From the NCBI RefSeq assembly GCF_039541115.1, contig NZ_BAABFP010000002.1, forward strand, positions 1,240,001 to 1,295,952: a stretch of 55,952 nt of DNA, given 5' to 3'. The translations under genes and the position numbers were made by a program. Every line of letters begins with the position of its first letter. Positions within the stretch are counted from its first letter, which is position 1. Below the pieces are notes generated by a model. It saw nothing but the letters and a program-made list of their open reading frames with translations, did no database searches and was not told the origin of the DNA. Below are positions 29,457 to 38,095 of the stretch, piece by piece. The DNA is from Angustibacter luteus. GTDB taxonomy: Bacteria; Actinomycetota; Actinomycetes; Actinomycetales; Angustibacteraceae.

Positions 29457-29840
29457 TCAGGCCCGTCGCGCAGCCGACCGGACGACCGGGACGACGGCGC
29501 CGACCCCGGCGCAGAGCAGGGTGCTGGGCACGTCCCAGAACAGGAACGACGTCAGCCACTCCTCGTCGGCGCCGTACTGCAGGCGGTCGACCAGTTCAAG
29601 CGTGCCGTTCGCAAGCACCGCCACACCGAACCCGATGATCGCCCCCCGCAGCACACGCTGGGCGAGGCCGTCGTCCGGGTCGTTGGGGACCTGCCAGCCG
29701 ATCGCGAGCGCGAGCGCCGCGAGCCCGACTGCCACCCCACCGACTGCAGCCAGTCCGGTGGCCCACCCGAAGGCGAGCACGGCCAGCAGAGCCAGGCCCA
29801 CACCGACCACCAGCGCGAGCCGGGCGCCGGTCTGCGTCAT
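29457..29840 (-). CDS. Hypothetical membrane protein
   Basis: 127 aa with about 4 hydrophobic segments; fills the gap in the same orientation as its upstream neighbour. Confidence 0.6.
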   Translation of the reverse strand: MTQTGARLALVVGVGLALLAVLAFGWATGLAAVGGVAVGLAALALAIGWQVPNDPDDGLAQRVLRGAIIGFGVAVLANGTLELVDRLQYGADEEWLTSFLFWDVPSTLLCAGVGAVVPVVRSAARRA

Positions 29841-29869
29841 GGCGCGAAACTAGAGCCGCGCGGCCCCGC

Positions 29870-30484
29870 TCACAAGGCCCGGGCGACGACCTCGAAGACG
29901 TGCCAGTGCTTGGGTCCGACGTCGCTGGCGCCGTCCCGCTCGTCCTCGGTCAGCTCGACGACGTCCAGCCCGGTGAGCCGGGACTCGACCGCCGCGCGGG
30001 TGTGGAAGGTCATCTCCGGGTGCTCGGCCGCCCACGAGTCGCGGTCGCCGAACAGCACCACCGCGAGCACCCCACCCGGCTGCACCGCGGCCCGCACCCG
30101 CTCCCACACGTCGTCGAACCGCTCCGGCGCGACGAACGGCAGGCTGAAGAACGCCACCACCAGGTCGGCGTCCGGCAGGTCCACGTCCGCGACGTCCGCG
30201 ACGACGAGGTCGAGGCGGTCGGTGTAGTCGCCGGCATTCAACCGCACGTAGGGCTCGCAGGCCGGGGAGGCGTCCACGGCCGTGACCGACCAGCCGTGCC
30301 GCAGCAGCCAGCCGGTGTCCGCGCCGTCCCCGCAGCCCAGGTCGACCGCCTCGCCCGGGCCGCGACCACCCTGCTCGTACGTCGCGTGCGCCCGCAGCAG
30401 CAGCTCGCGCGGCGGGCGGTCGGCCCGGCGTGCGTAGTACCCGGACCAATCCGGCTCGGTCGCGCCCGCCTGCGTCGTCACCAT
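29870..30484 (-). CDS. Class I SAM-dependent methyltransferase
   Basis: AVDLGCGDG, VTAVD, PGGVL, KHWHVFEVVAR. Confidence 0.88.
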   Translation of the reverse strand: MVTTQAGATEPDWSGYYARRADRPPRELLLRAHATYEQGGRGPGEAVDLGCGDGADTGWLLRHGWSVTAVDASPACEPYVRLNAGDYTDRLDLVVADVADVDLPDADLVVAFFSLPFVAPERFDDVWERVRAAVQPGGVLAVVLFGDRDSWAAEHPEMTFHTRAAVESRLTGLDVVELTEDERDGASDVGPKHWHVFEVVARAL

Positions 30485-30580
30485 CGGCCGACCGTACGCC
30501 GGATCGGCACCCATCCGGGCGCCCCGGCGCGCCGAAGTGGTTGGATGCGTCGGACAGGTGTTCCGGGCGAGGAGGGGTCA

Positions 30581-32917
30581 GTGCGACTGCAGGACCAGCT
30601 CGACGGCCGGCGGATCCTGGTCACCGGCGTGACGGGCTTCGTCGGCGAGGCGCTGCTCCAGCGCATGCTGACCGAGCTGCCCGGCACCCAGCCCGTGGTC
30701 CTCGTCCGACCGAAGTCGGGCCAACCGGGACGCGACCGCATCGCCGGCCTGCTCGCCAAGCCGACCTTCCAGACCGCCGCCGAGCGCGCGGGCGGCGTCG
30801 ACGCCCTGCTCGACCGCGTCGAGGTCATCGAGGGTGACCTGCGCAACCTGCCCGTCCTGCCCACGGACCTCGACGTCGTCATCCACTGCGCGGGCGACGT
30901 CTCGTTCGACCCGCCGATCCAGGAGGCGTTCACCACCAACGTGGTCGGCACGCACTCGCTGCTGCAGCGGGTGCTGGAGGCCAGCGCGGACCACCCGGTG
31001 CACTACGTGCACGTCTCGACCGCCTACGTCGGTGGACGTCGCCGCGGCGCCATCCCCGAGCGCTCGGTGGCGCACGAGGTCGACTGGCGTGCGGAGCGGG
31101 ACGCCGGCCTGCGGCTCGCCCAGCAGATCGAGGACGACTCGCGGCGCGGCGACGTGCTGAAGCGGCTGAGCACCGAGGCCGAGAAGGAGCACGGTCGCGC
31201 CGGCCCCATCACCGCCGCGCAGGACGCCGAGCGGCGCCGCCGCGAGTGGGTCAAGAAGGAGCAGCTCAAGGCTGGTGGCGAGCGCGCCCGCAGCCTCGGC
31301 TGGACGGACGTCTACACCTTCACCAAGGCGATGGGTGAGCGGGTCGTCGAGGAGCTCACCAGCGGGACGTCGGTCGACGCGCCCGGTGCGCCCGCGATCC
31401 CGGTGAGCATCGTGCGGCCATCCATCATCGAGTCCGCGCTGGTCTGGCCGCACCCCGGCTGGATCGAGGGCTTCAAGATGGCCGAGCCCATCATCCTGGC
31501 GTACGGCCGCGGCGAGCTGCCGGACATGCCCGCCGCACCGGACTCGATCGTCGACATCGTGCCGGTCGACCACGTCGTCAACGCGCTGCTGGCGGTGTGC
31601 GCGACGAGCCCCGAGCCGGGCAGGCCCGACTACTTCCACGTCTCGTCGGGCGCGCGCAACCCGTTGACCTTCCGGCTGCTCTACGAGCTGGTCCGCGAGT
31701 ACTTCGAGCACCACCCGTTCGACCTCGGCGAGCGCGGCGCGGTGCCGCTGGCGACGTGGCACTTCCCCGGCTCGCACCAGGCCGAACGACTGCTCACCCA
31801 GGGCGAGGCCGTGCACCGGCTGGCCGACCGCGCGCTCGGCCTGCTGCCGCGCAGCGACCGGGCTCGCGAGTTCTCCCGCGACCTGGACCGCACCCGGCGC
31901 CGGCTGGAGTTCCTGCGCCGCTACCTGGACCTGTACCGCTCGTACACCCAGGTCGAGCTGCAGTTCATGGACGACCACACCCTGGCGCTGCACCGTGCGC
32001 TCGACCCGGCGGACCTCGAGCTGTTCGGCTTCGACACCGCGGTCGTGGACTGGACGCACTACATCCGCGACGTGCACTGCCCCAGCGTCACCGAGCCGAT
32101 GCGCAAGTACGACGTCATCCGGCGCAAGCGCCAGGCGGCCGGCGACCCGGGGCGACGCAAGATCGACGGCGACGCGGGCGAGCCCGGCCAGAAGGTGCTG
32201 GCGGTCTTCGACATGGACGGCACCCTGTTGTCCAGCAACGTGATCGAGACGTACCTGTGGCTGCGGCTGCCCGAGCTGGACGGCGCCGGGCGGGCCCGCG
32301 AGATCGGCCGGCTGCTGCGCCGCATGCCGTCGTACGTCGGGGCCGAGCGCCGCGACCGCGGCGGGTTCCTGCGCGCCGTCTACCGCCGCTACGCCGGCGC
32401 CGACCTGCACGAGCTGGACTCCCTCGTGGACGAGGTCATCGCACCGCACGTGCTGGAGCGGGTGTCGGGCGCGGCGATGCGCCGGGTGCGCGAGCACCGC
32501 GCGGCCGGCCACCACACGGTGCTGCTCACCGGAGCGATCCGGCCGCTCACCCGCCCGCTGGCGCCCCTGTTCGACCACGTCGTCGCCGCCGAGCTGGCCG
32601 TGGACGAGCGCGGCCGGGCCACCGGCTACCTCGCCTCGCCCCCGCTCGTCGGTGAGTCGCGGGCCGCCTGGCTGGTCCGGTACGCCGAGGTGAACGGCTA
32701 CGACCTGTCGCGCTCGTTCGGCTACGCGGACAGCCACTCCGACCTGCCGCTGCTGCGCGCGGTCGGCCGTCCCACCGCGGTCTCGCCCGACGTCCCGCTG
32801 TACCGGGCCGCCCGGGCCGCGCGCTGGCCCGTCGAGACGTGGCGGACGCCGCCCGCGACCTCACGCGGCCGGGTGCCCGACGTCCGGCACGACACCACGG
32901 GGGTGAGCCTGCCGTGA
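30581..32917 (+). CDS. Fatty acyl-CoA reductase (male-sterility-type extended SDR) fused to a C-terminal HAD-IB phosphatase
   Basis: TGVTGFVG, HVSTAYV, YTFTKAMGE, IVRPSII, PGWIEG, DIVPVDHVVN, FD...VDW..Y; then FDMDGTL, LLTG, YADSHSDLPLL. GTG start after a [10 protein letters not shown]. Confidence 0.88.
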   Translation: MRLQDQLDGRRILVTGVTGFVGEALLQRMLTELPGTQPVVLVRPKSGQPGRDRIAGLLAKPTFQTAAERAGGVDALLDRVEVIEGDLRNLPVLPTDLDVVIHCAGDVSFDPPIQEAFTTNVVGTHSLLQRVLEASADHPVHYVHVSTAYVGGRRRGAIPERSVAHEVDWRAERDAGLRLAQQIEDDSRRGDVLKRLSTEAEKEHGRAGPITAAQDAERRRREWVKKEQLKAGGERARSLGWTDVYTFTKAMGERVVEELTSGTSVDAPGAPAIPVSIVRPSIIESALVWPHPGWIEGFKMAEPIILAYGRGELPDMPAAPDSIVDIVPVDHVVNALLAVCATSPEPGRPDYFHVSSGARNPLTFRLLYELVREYFEHHPFDLGERGAVPLATWHFPGSHQAERLLTQGEAVHRLADRALGLLPRSDRAREFSRDLDRTRRRLEFLRRYLDLYRSYTQVELQFMDDHTLALHRALDPADLELFGFDTAVVDWTHYIRDVHCPSVTEPMRKYDVIRRKRQAAGDPGRRKIDGDAGEPGQKVLAVFDMDGTLLSSNVIETYLWLRLPELDGAGRAREIGRLLRRMPSYVGAERRDRGGFLRAVYRRYAGADLHELDSLVDEVIAPHVLERVSGAAMRRVREHRAAGHHTVLLTGAIRPLTRPLAPLFDHVVAAELAVDERGRATGYLASPPLVGESRAAWLVRYAEVNGYDLSRSFGYADSHSDLPLLRAVGRPTAVSPDVPLYRAARAARWPVETWRTPPATSRGRVPDVRHDTTGVSLP

Positions 32918-34122
32918 TGCTGGCGCTGGAGATGTTCCGCTCGATCCCGCGGTTCGCCGCCGCGAAGGTGAGCGGCGGGCGGATGCCCGGGCTGCTCGTG
33001 GGCCCGATGGCGCCGCTGCGCCTGGTCACCCGCGACGAGCCGGCCGTCCGCCGTCCGGGCTGGGCGCAGGTCAAGCCGTTGCTCTCCGGGATCTGCGGGT
33101 CGGACCTGGGCGCCATCACCGGGCAGACGTCCCTGTACTTCTCGGCGCTGGTCTCGATGCCGTTCGTGCCCGGCCACGAGGTGGTCGGCGAGCTGGCCGA
33201 GGACTGCGAGGACCTGCCCCGCGGCACCCGCGTGGTGGTCGACCCCGTGCTGGCCTGCGCCGCCCGCGGCGTCGACCCGTGCGAGCCGTGCCAGCAGGGC
33301 CGCACCAACCTGTGCAACCACGTGACCGTCGGACACATCTCGCCCGGGCTGCAGACCGGCTTCTGCCAGGACACCGGCGGCGGCTGGGGCGAGCGGCTGA
33401 CGGTGCACCGCTCGCAGCTGCACGCGGTGCCGGACTCGCTGACCGACGAGCGCGCGGTGCTGGTCGAGCCGCTGGCCTGCGCCGTGCAGCTGGCCCGGCG
33501 GGCGCAGGTGCCGGCGGGTGGCTCGGTACTCGTCTCCGGAGCCGGCGCCGTCGGCCTGTTCGCGGTGCTGGCGCTGCGCGAGCTGACCGACGCGGGGCGG
33601 ATCACCGTGATCGCCAAGCACGGACGGCAGGCCGACCTGGCCCGCCGGTTCGGCGCCAGCGACGTCGCCGCACCGGACGAGGCGATGCGCGCCGTGCGGC
33701 GGACCACCCGGGCGCTGCGCGTTGCGCCGCAAGGACTTCCGGCTCCCGCCGCCCGGCTCACCGGCGCCAGCGAGATGCTGCTCGGCGGCGTGGACGTCGC
33801 GGTCGACGCCGTCGGCTCGACGTCGTCGCTGGACACGGTGCTGCGCTCCACGAAGGCCGGCGGGCGGGCGGTGCTGTCCGGCATGCCGGCCGGCGCCGAC
33901 CTGTCCCCCGCGTGGTTCCGCGAGCTCGAGGTGGCCGGCACGTACGCGTCGTCCGGCGACGCCTTCGACGTCGCGATGCGGCTGGCCGAGCAGGCGCCGA
34001 TGGACGACGTGGTGGCCGGTCGCTACCCGCTGCACCGCTGGCGCGAGGCGCTGGACCACGCCCAGTCCGCGGGCCGGCTCGGTGCCGTCAAGGTCTGCTT
34101 CGACGTCCGGAGCCGCGCATGA
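32917..34122 (+). CDS. Zinc-dependent medium-chain dehydrogenase
   Basis: GICGSD, PGHEVVG, structural Zn motif C...CEPCQQGRTNLC, EPLAC, GAGAVG; TGATG overlap with the upstream gene. Confidence 0.9.
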   Translation: MLALEMFRSIPRFAAAKVSGGRMPGLLVGPMAPLRLVTRDEPAVRRPGWAQVKPLLSGICGSDLGAITGQTSLYFSALVSMPFVPGHEVVGELAEDCEDLPRGTRVVVDPVLACAARGVDPCEPCQQGRTNLCNHVTVGHISPGLQTGFCQDTGGGWGERLTVHRSQLHAVPDSLTDERAVLVEPLACAVQLARRAQVPAGGSVLVSGAGAVGLFAVLALRELTDAGRITVIAKHGRQADLARRFGASDVAAPDEAMRAVRRTTRALRVAPQGLPAPAARLTGASEMLLGGVDVAVDAVGSTSSLDTVLRSTKAGGRAVLSGMPAGADLSPAWFRELEVAGTYASSGDAFDVAMRLAEQAPMDDVVAGRYPLHRWREALDHAQSAGRLGAVKVCFDVRSRA

Positions 34123-34159
34123 GCACCGGACAGTTCCGTTCCCAGGCAAGGAGAAGCTC

Positions 34160-35740
34160 GTGACCCGCCCCGGTTTCGTCCTGGAGGTCGACGACCGCAC
34201 CCCGCCGCTCGTCGTCCACGAGGGGGAGGGCTTCCGGCTGGAGACCTTCCCGCGCGGCACCCGCGTCGTCTACCCGCCGGAGGCGATGCCGGGCATCCGG
34301 GACGTCGACGGCGCGATCCGCCGCGCGCTGCTCGAGCCGGTCGGCAGCGACCCGCTGCCCGCGCTGCTGTTCTCCGGCATGCGCCTGACCATCGCCTTCG
34401 ACGACATCTCGCTGCCTTTGCCGCCCATGGTGAAGCCGGACATCCGCCAGCGGATCATCGAGCAGGTCCTCACGATGGCCGCCGCCTCCGGCGTGGACGA
34501 CGTCGAGATCGTGTCCGCCAACGCGTTGCACCGCCGGCTCACACCGGCCGAGCTCAAGGACATCGTGGGCGAGCGGGTCTTCCGCTCGTTCTTCCCGCAG
34601 GGCGCGCTCTACAACCACGACGCCGAGGACAAGGCGAACCTGCTGCACGTCGGGCAGACCGACCGCGGTGAGGACGTCGAGATCAACCGGCGGGCGGCCG
34701 AGTCCGACCTGCTGATCTACGTCAACGTCAACCTGGTGGCGATGGACGGCGGCCACAAGTCCGTGCCGATCGGGCTCGCGTCGTACAAGTCGCTGCGGCA
34801 CCACCACAACAGCCACACGATGGTGCACTCGCGCTCGTTCATGGACCACACCAAGTCGGCCATGCACCACAGCGCCTGGCGGATGGGCCGGATGCTGGCC
34901 GACCACCTGAAGATCTTCACCATCGAGACGACGCTCAACAACGACGTCTTCCCCACCAACTACAAGTTCCTGATGAAGCGCGAGTGGGAGTGGGGCGTCA
35001 AGGACCAGGCGTCCATGCTGGCCGCCCGCCGCGGGCTGGCGGTGGCCCCGAAGGGCCTGCGGCACAACATCTTCCAGGGCATGCGCGCGCCGTACGGGCT
35101 GACCGGGGTGAATGCCGGCGAGACCGAGGCCGTGCACGAGCTGACCGTCGCGAAGGTGCACGAGCAGCAGATGGTCGAGGTGCAGGGGCAGAGCGACGTG
35201 CTGGTGCTCGGCGTGCCGTACCTCGGCCCGTACAACGTGAACTCCGTGATGAACCCGATCCTCGCGACCTGCATGGGGCTCGGCTACTACTTCAACAGCT
35301 ACCGGGGCCAGCCCGTCGTCCGCAAGGGCGGCGCGGTGATCCTCTACCACCCGGTCGAAGAGGACTTCAACCAGCTGCACCACCCGTCGTACGTGGACTT
35401 CTACGAGGAGGTCCTCACGACGTCCACCGAGCCGTCGGTGATCGAGGCGAAGTTCGAGGAGCAGTACGCGACCGACCCCTGGTACATCCACCTGTACCGG
35501 ACGTCGCACGCCTACCACGGCGTCCACCCGTTCTACATGTGGTACTGGGCGGCGCACGCCATGGACCACGTGGGCGACGTGATCTGGGTCGGCGCGAACC
35601 GGCGAGCGGTGGAGCGCATGGGGTTCCGGGCGGCGTCCTCGCTGCAGGACGCGCTCGAGATGGCGTCCGGCACCGTCGGTCGCTCGCCGTCCATCACCTA
35701 CCTGCGCAACCCACCGCACCTGATCGCGGACGTGCGATGA
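34160..35740 (+). CDS. Lactate racemase (LarA/DUF2088) domain protein
   Basis: ALLEPVGSDPL, TIAFDDISLP, ANALHRRLT..EL, NHDAED, G.T..G..VEINR...ESDL, GGHK, GGAVIL; AAGGAG RBS. Confidence 0.78.
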   Translation: MTRPGFVLEVDDRTPPLVVHEGEGFRLETFPRGTRVVYPPEAMPGIRDVDGAIRRALLEPVGSDPLPALLFSGMRLTIAFDDISLPLPPMVKPDIRQRIIEQVLTMAAASGVDDVEIVSANALHRRLTPAELKDIVGERVFRSFFPQGALYNHDAEDKANLLHVGQTDRGEDVEINRRAAESDLLIYVNVNLVAMDGGHKSVPIGLASYKSLRHHHNSHTMVHSRSFMDHTKSAMHHSAWRMGRMLADHLKIFTIETTLNNDVFPTNYKFLMKREWEWGVKDQASMLAARRGLAVAPKGLRHNIFQGMRAPYGLTGVNAGETEAVHELTVAKVHEQQMVEVQGQSDVLVLGVPYLGPYNVNSVMNPILATCMGLGYYFNSYRGQPVVRKGGAVILYHPVEEDFNQLHHPSYVDFYEEVLTTSTEPSVIEAKFEEQYATDPWYIHLYRTSHAYHGVHPFYMWYWAAHAMDHVGDVIWVGANRRAVERMGFRAASSLQDALEMASGTVGRSPSITYLRNPPHLIADVR

Positions 35741-36696
35741 CCGGCCCCGTCGTGCACGTGACCCGGCACGTGCTGTCCGGGCAGCTGCTGCGCGGCGCCC
35801 GGCAGGACATCAAGATGGTGTCGAAGGGCTGGCGCTGGGGTCGTCGCTCCATGGTGCCGCGCTCGGCGGAGCCGTTCGTGCCGCCGAAGCAGAGCGAGCC
35901 CTTCCCGACGTCCTGGGCGCGTGGGCCGGCCGCCATCGCGGTCCGCGACGGGATCCAGCGCTTCGGCCTGGGACCGTTGCTGCGCCACGAGATCAAGCCG
36001 ACCGTGCACGGGCTGGACGTGCTCGACCGGGTCGGCGGTCCGGTCATCTTCGTGGCCAACCACACCTCGCACCTGGACACCCCGCTGATCCTCTGCTCGC
36101 TGCCGGACCGCTGGCGGCGGCGCACCGCCGTCGCCGCAGCCGCCGACTACTTCTTCGACACCTGGTGGCGGGCGACGAGCTCGGCGATGGTGTTCAACAC
36201 CTTCCCGATCGAGCGGCGCTCGGGATCGCTGTCGTCGACGCCGGGCGACCTGCTGGAGGACGGCTGGTCCATCGTCGTGTTCCCCGAGGGCACCCGCTCC
36301 CCCGACGGTTGGACCCGGCAGTTCCGGCACGGTGCGGCCTTCCTCTCGGTGCAGCACGACGTCCCGGTGGTCCCGATCGCGATCCGCGGCTCGTTCGCCG
36401 CGATGCCCCGTGGTCGTGGCTGGCCGGTCCCCGGCCGCCCGCCGGTCACGATGCGGTTCGGCGACCCGATCAAGGCCCGCGAGGGCGAGGGCGCGCGCGA
36501 GCTCGGCGCGCGGCTCGAGGGCGCCGTCGCGCAGCTCATGGACGAGGACGAGACCTCCTGGTGGGACGCGACCCGGCGGGCCGCCCAGGGGGTCACGCCG
36601 ACGACGTCCGGCCCGGACGTCGCCCGCTGGCGCCGGGTGTGGACGCAGACCGCGTCGCCCGACGTCCGGTCGCACCGCCGCGTCTGGTCCCGCTGA
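35737..36696 (+). CDS. Lysophospholipid/glycerol-phosphate acyltransferase (PlsC family)
   Basis: ANHTSHLD (HX4D), FPEGTRS, VVPIAI.G; ATGA overlap with the upstream gene. Confidence 0.92.
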   Translation: MTGPVVHVTRHVLSGQLLRGARQDIKMVSKGWRWGRRSMVPRSAEPFVPPKQSEPFPTSWARGPAAIAVRDGIQRFGLGPLLRHEIKPTVHGLDVLDRVGGPVIFVANHTSHLDTPLILCSLPDRWRRRTAVAAAADYFFDTWWRATSSAMVFNTFPIERRSGSLSSTPGDLLEDGWSIVVFPEGTRSPDGWTRQFRHGAAFLSVQHDVPVVPIAIRGSFAAMPRGRGWPVPGRPPVTMRFGDPIKAREGEGARELGARLEGAVAQLMDEDETSWWDATRRAAQGVTPTTSGPDVARWRRVWTQTASPDVRSHRRVWSR

Positions 36697-36700
36697 CCCC

Positions 36701-36765
36701 CCGCACCAATCGCGCTTGGTGTGGCTATTCGGGCCGAAGAACCACGTCTAGCGCGAATGGTGCGG
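36701..36765. terminator. Long imperfect hairpin between convergent genes
   Basis: CCGCACCAATCGCGCTTGGTGTGG ... CCACGTCTAGCGCGAATGGTGCGG. Confidence 0.6.
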
Positions 36766-36779
36766 GTGGGGGGCACGGG

Positions 36780-37409
36780 CTAGGTCGCGTGCTGGGTGAT
36801 CCAGGTGTGCATGGCGATCGCCGCGGCAGCGCCGGCGTTGATCGAGCGGGTCGAGCCGAACTGGGCGATCGACAGGACGTCGTCGCAGGCCTCGTGCGCC
36901 GCCGGCGACAGTCCTGGCCCTTCCTGGCCGAACAGCAGCACGCACGCTCGCGGCAGCCGGTAGCCCTCCAGCGGGACGGCACCCGGCAGGTTGTCGACGC
37001 CGATCAGCGGCAGCGACCGCTCGTGCGCCCACGCGATCAGCGCGGCCACGTCGTCGTGGTGCGACAGGTGCTGGTAGCGGTCGGTGACCATCGCGCCGCG
37101 ACGGTTCCACCGGCGGCGCCCGACGACGTGCACCTGCGCGGCGAGGAACGCGTTCGCCGTCCGCACCACCGACCCGATGTTGAAGTCGTGCTGCCAGTTC
37201 TCGACGGCCACGTGGAACGGGTGCCGGCGGGTGTCCAGGTCCGCCACGATGGCCGCCATCCGCCAGTAGCGGTAGCGGTCCACGACGTTGCGCGCGTCAC
37301 CCTCGGCCAGCAGCTCCGGGTCGTACCGCGCGTCGTCCGGCCACGGCCCGACCCACGGACCCACGCCGATCTCCGACCCGTTCTCCCACCCGATCTCCAC
37401 CGCATCCAC
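36780..37409 (-). CDS. TrmH/SpoU family RNA methyltransferase
   Basis: ENWQHDFNIGSVVRTANAF, RRGAMVTDRY, FGQEGPGL, SIAQFGSTRSINAG. Start approximate. Confidence 0.92.
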   Translation of the reverse strand: MDAVEIGWENGSEIGVGPWVGPWPDDARYDPELLAEGDARNVVDRYRYWRMAAIVADLDTRRHPFHVAVENWQHDFNIGSVVRTANAFLAAQVHVVGRRRWNRRGAMVTDRYQHLSHHDDVAALIAWAHERSLPLIGVDNLPGAVPLEGYRLPRACVLLFGQEGPGLSPAAHEACDDVLSIAQFGSTRSINAGAAAAIAMHTWITQHAT

Positions 37410-37459
37410 GCAGCGAGCGTAGGGCGCACACCTCGCGGACACCTACGCTGGTGCGCGTG

Positions 37460-38083
37460 ATGCATGCACTCGGCCCGTCGTGGCTCGACCCCCAGCACCT
37501 GATCGACACCTACGCGCTGCCCGGCACGCTGCTGGTGGTGTTCATCGAGTGCGGGCTCTTCTTCTTCCTGCTGCCCGGCGACTCGCTGCTGTTCACCCTC
37601 GGACTGCTGATCTCCCAGGGCACGCTGCACCACTCGCTGGCGTACGTGATCCCGCTGCTCATCGTGGCAGCGTTCGCGGGCAGCATCGCGGGCTACGAGA
37701 TCGGCCGGGCGATGGGGCCGAGGATCACCGGGCCGAACTCCAGGCTCATCAGGCAGAAGCACGTGGACCAGACCCACGCCTTCTTCGAGCGGTACGGCGC
37801 CCGCGCCCTGATCCTCGGCCGCTTCGTGCCGATCGTCCGGACCTTCATCACGTTGATCGCGGGCGTCAGCCGGATGGACCGGCGGCAGTTCTACGTCTAC
37901 AGCGCCATCGGTGCCGTGCTCTGGGTGACGACGATGACGCTCGCCGGCTACTTCCTCGGCACGATCGACTTCGTCGCCAAGAACGTCGAGGCGATCGCGA
38001 TCCTGATCGTGTTCGTCTCCGTCATCCCGATCGGTTTCGAGTACCTGCGGCACCGGCGCGCCGAGCGGTCCTCGCAGGGCTGA
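37460..38083 (+). CDS. DedA family membrane protein
   Basis: FIECGL..FLLPGDSLLF, FFERYG, GRFVPIVRTF. Confidence 0.93.
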   Translation: MHALGPSWLDPQHLIDTYALPGTLLVVFIECGLFFFLLPGDSLLFTLGLLISQGTLHHSLAYVIPLLIVAAFAGSIAGYEIGRAMGPRITGPNSRLIRQKHVDQTHAFFERYGARALILGRFVPIVRTFITLIAGVSRMDRRQFYVYSAIGAVLWVTTMTLAGYFLGTIDFVAKNVEAIAILIVFVSVIPIGFEYLRHRRAERSSQG

Positions 38084-38095
38084 GCCCGCACGGAG

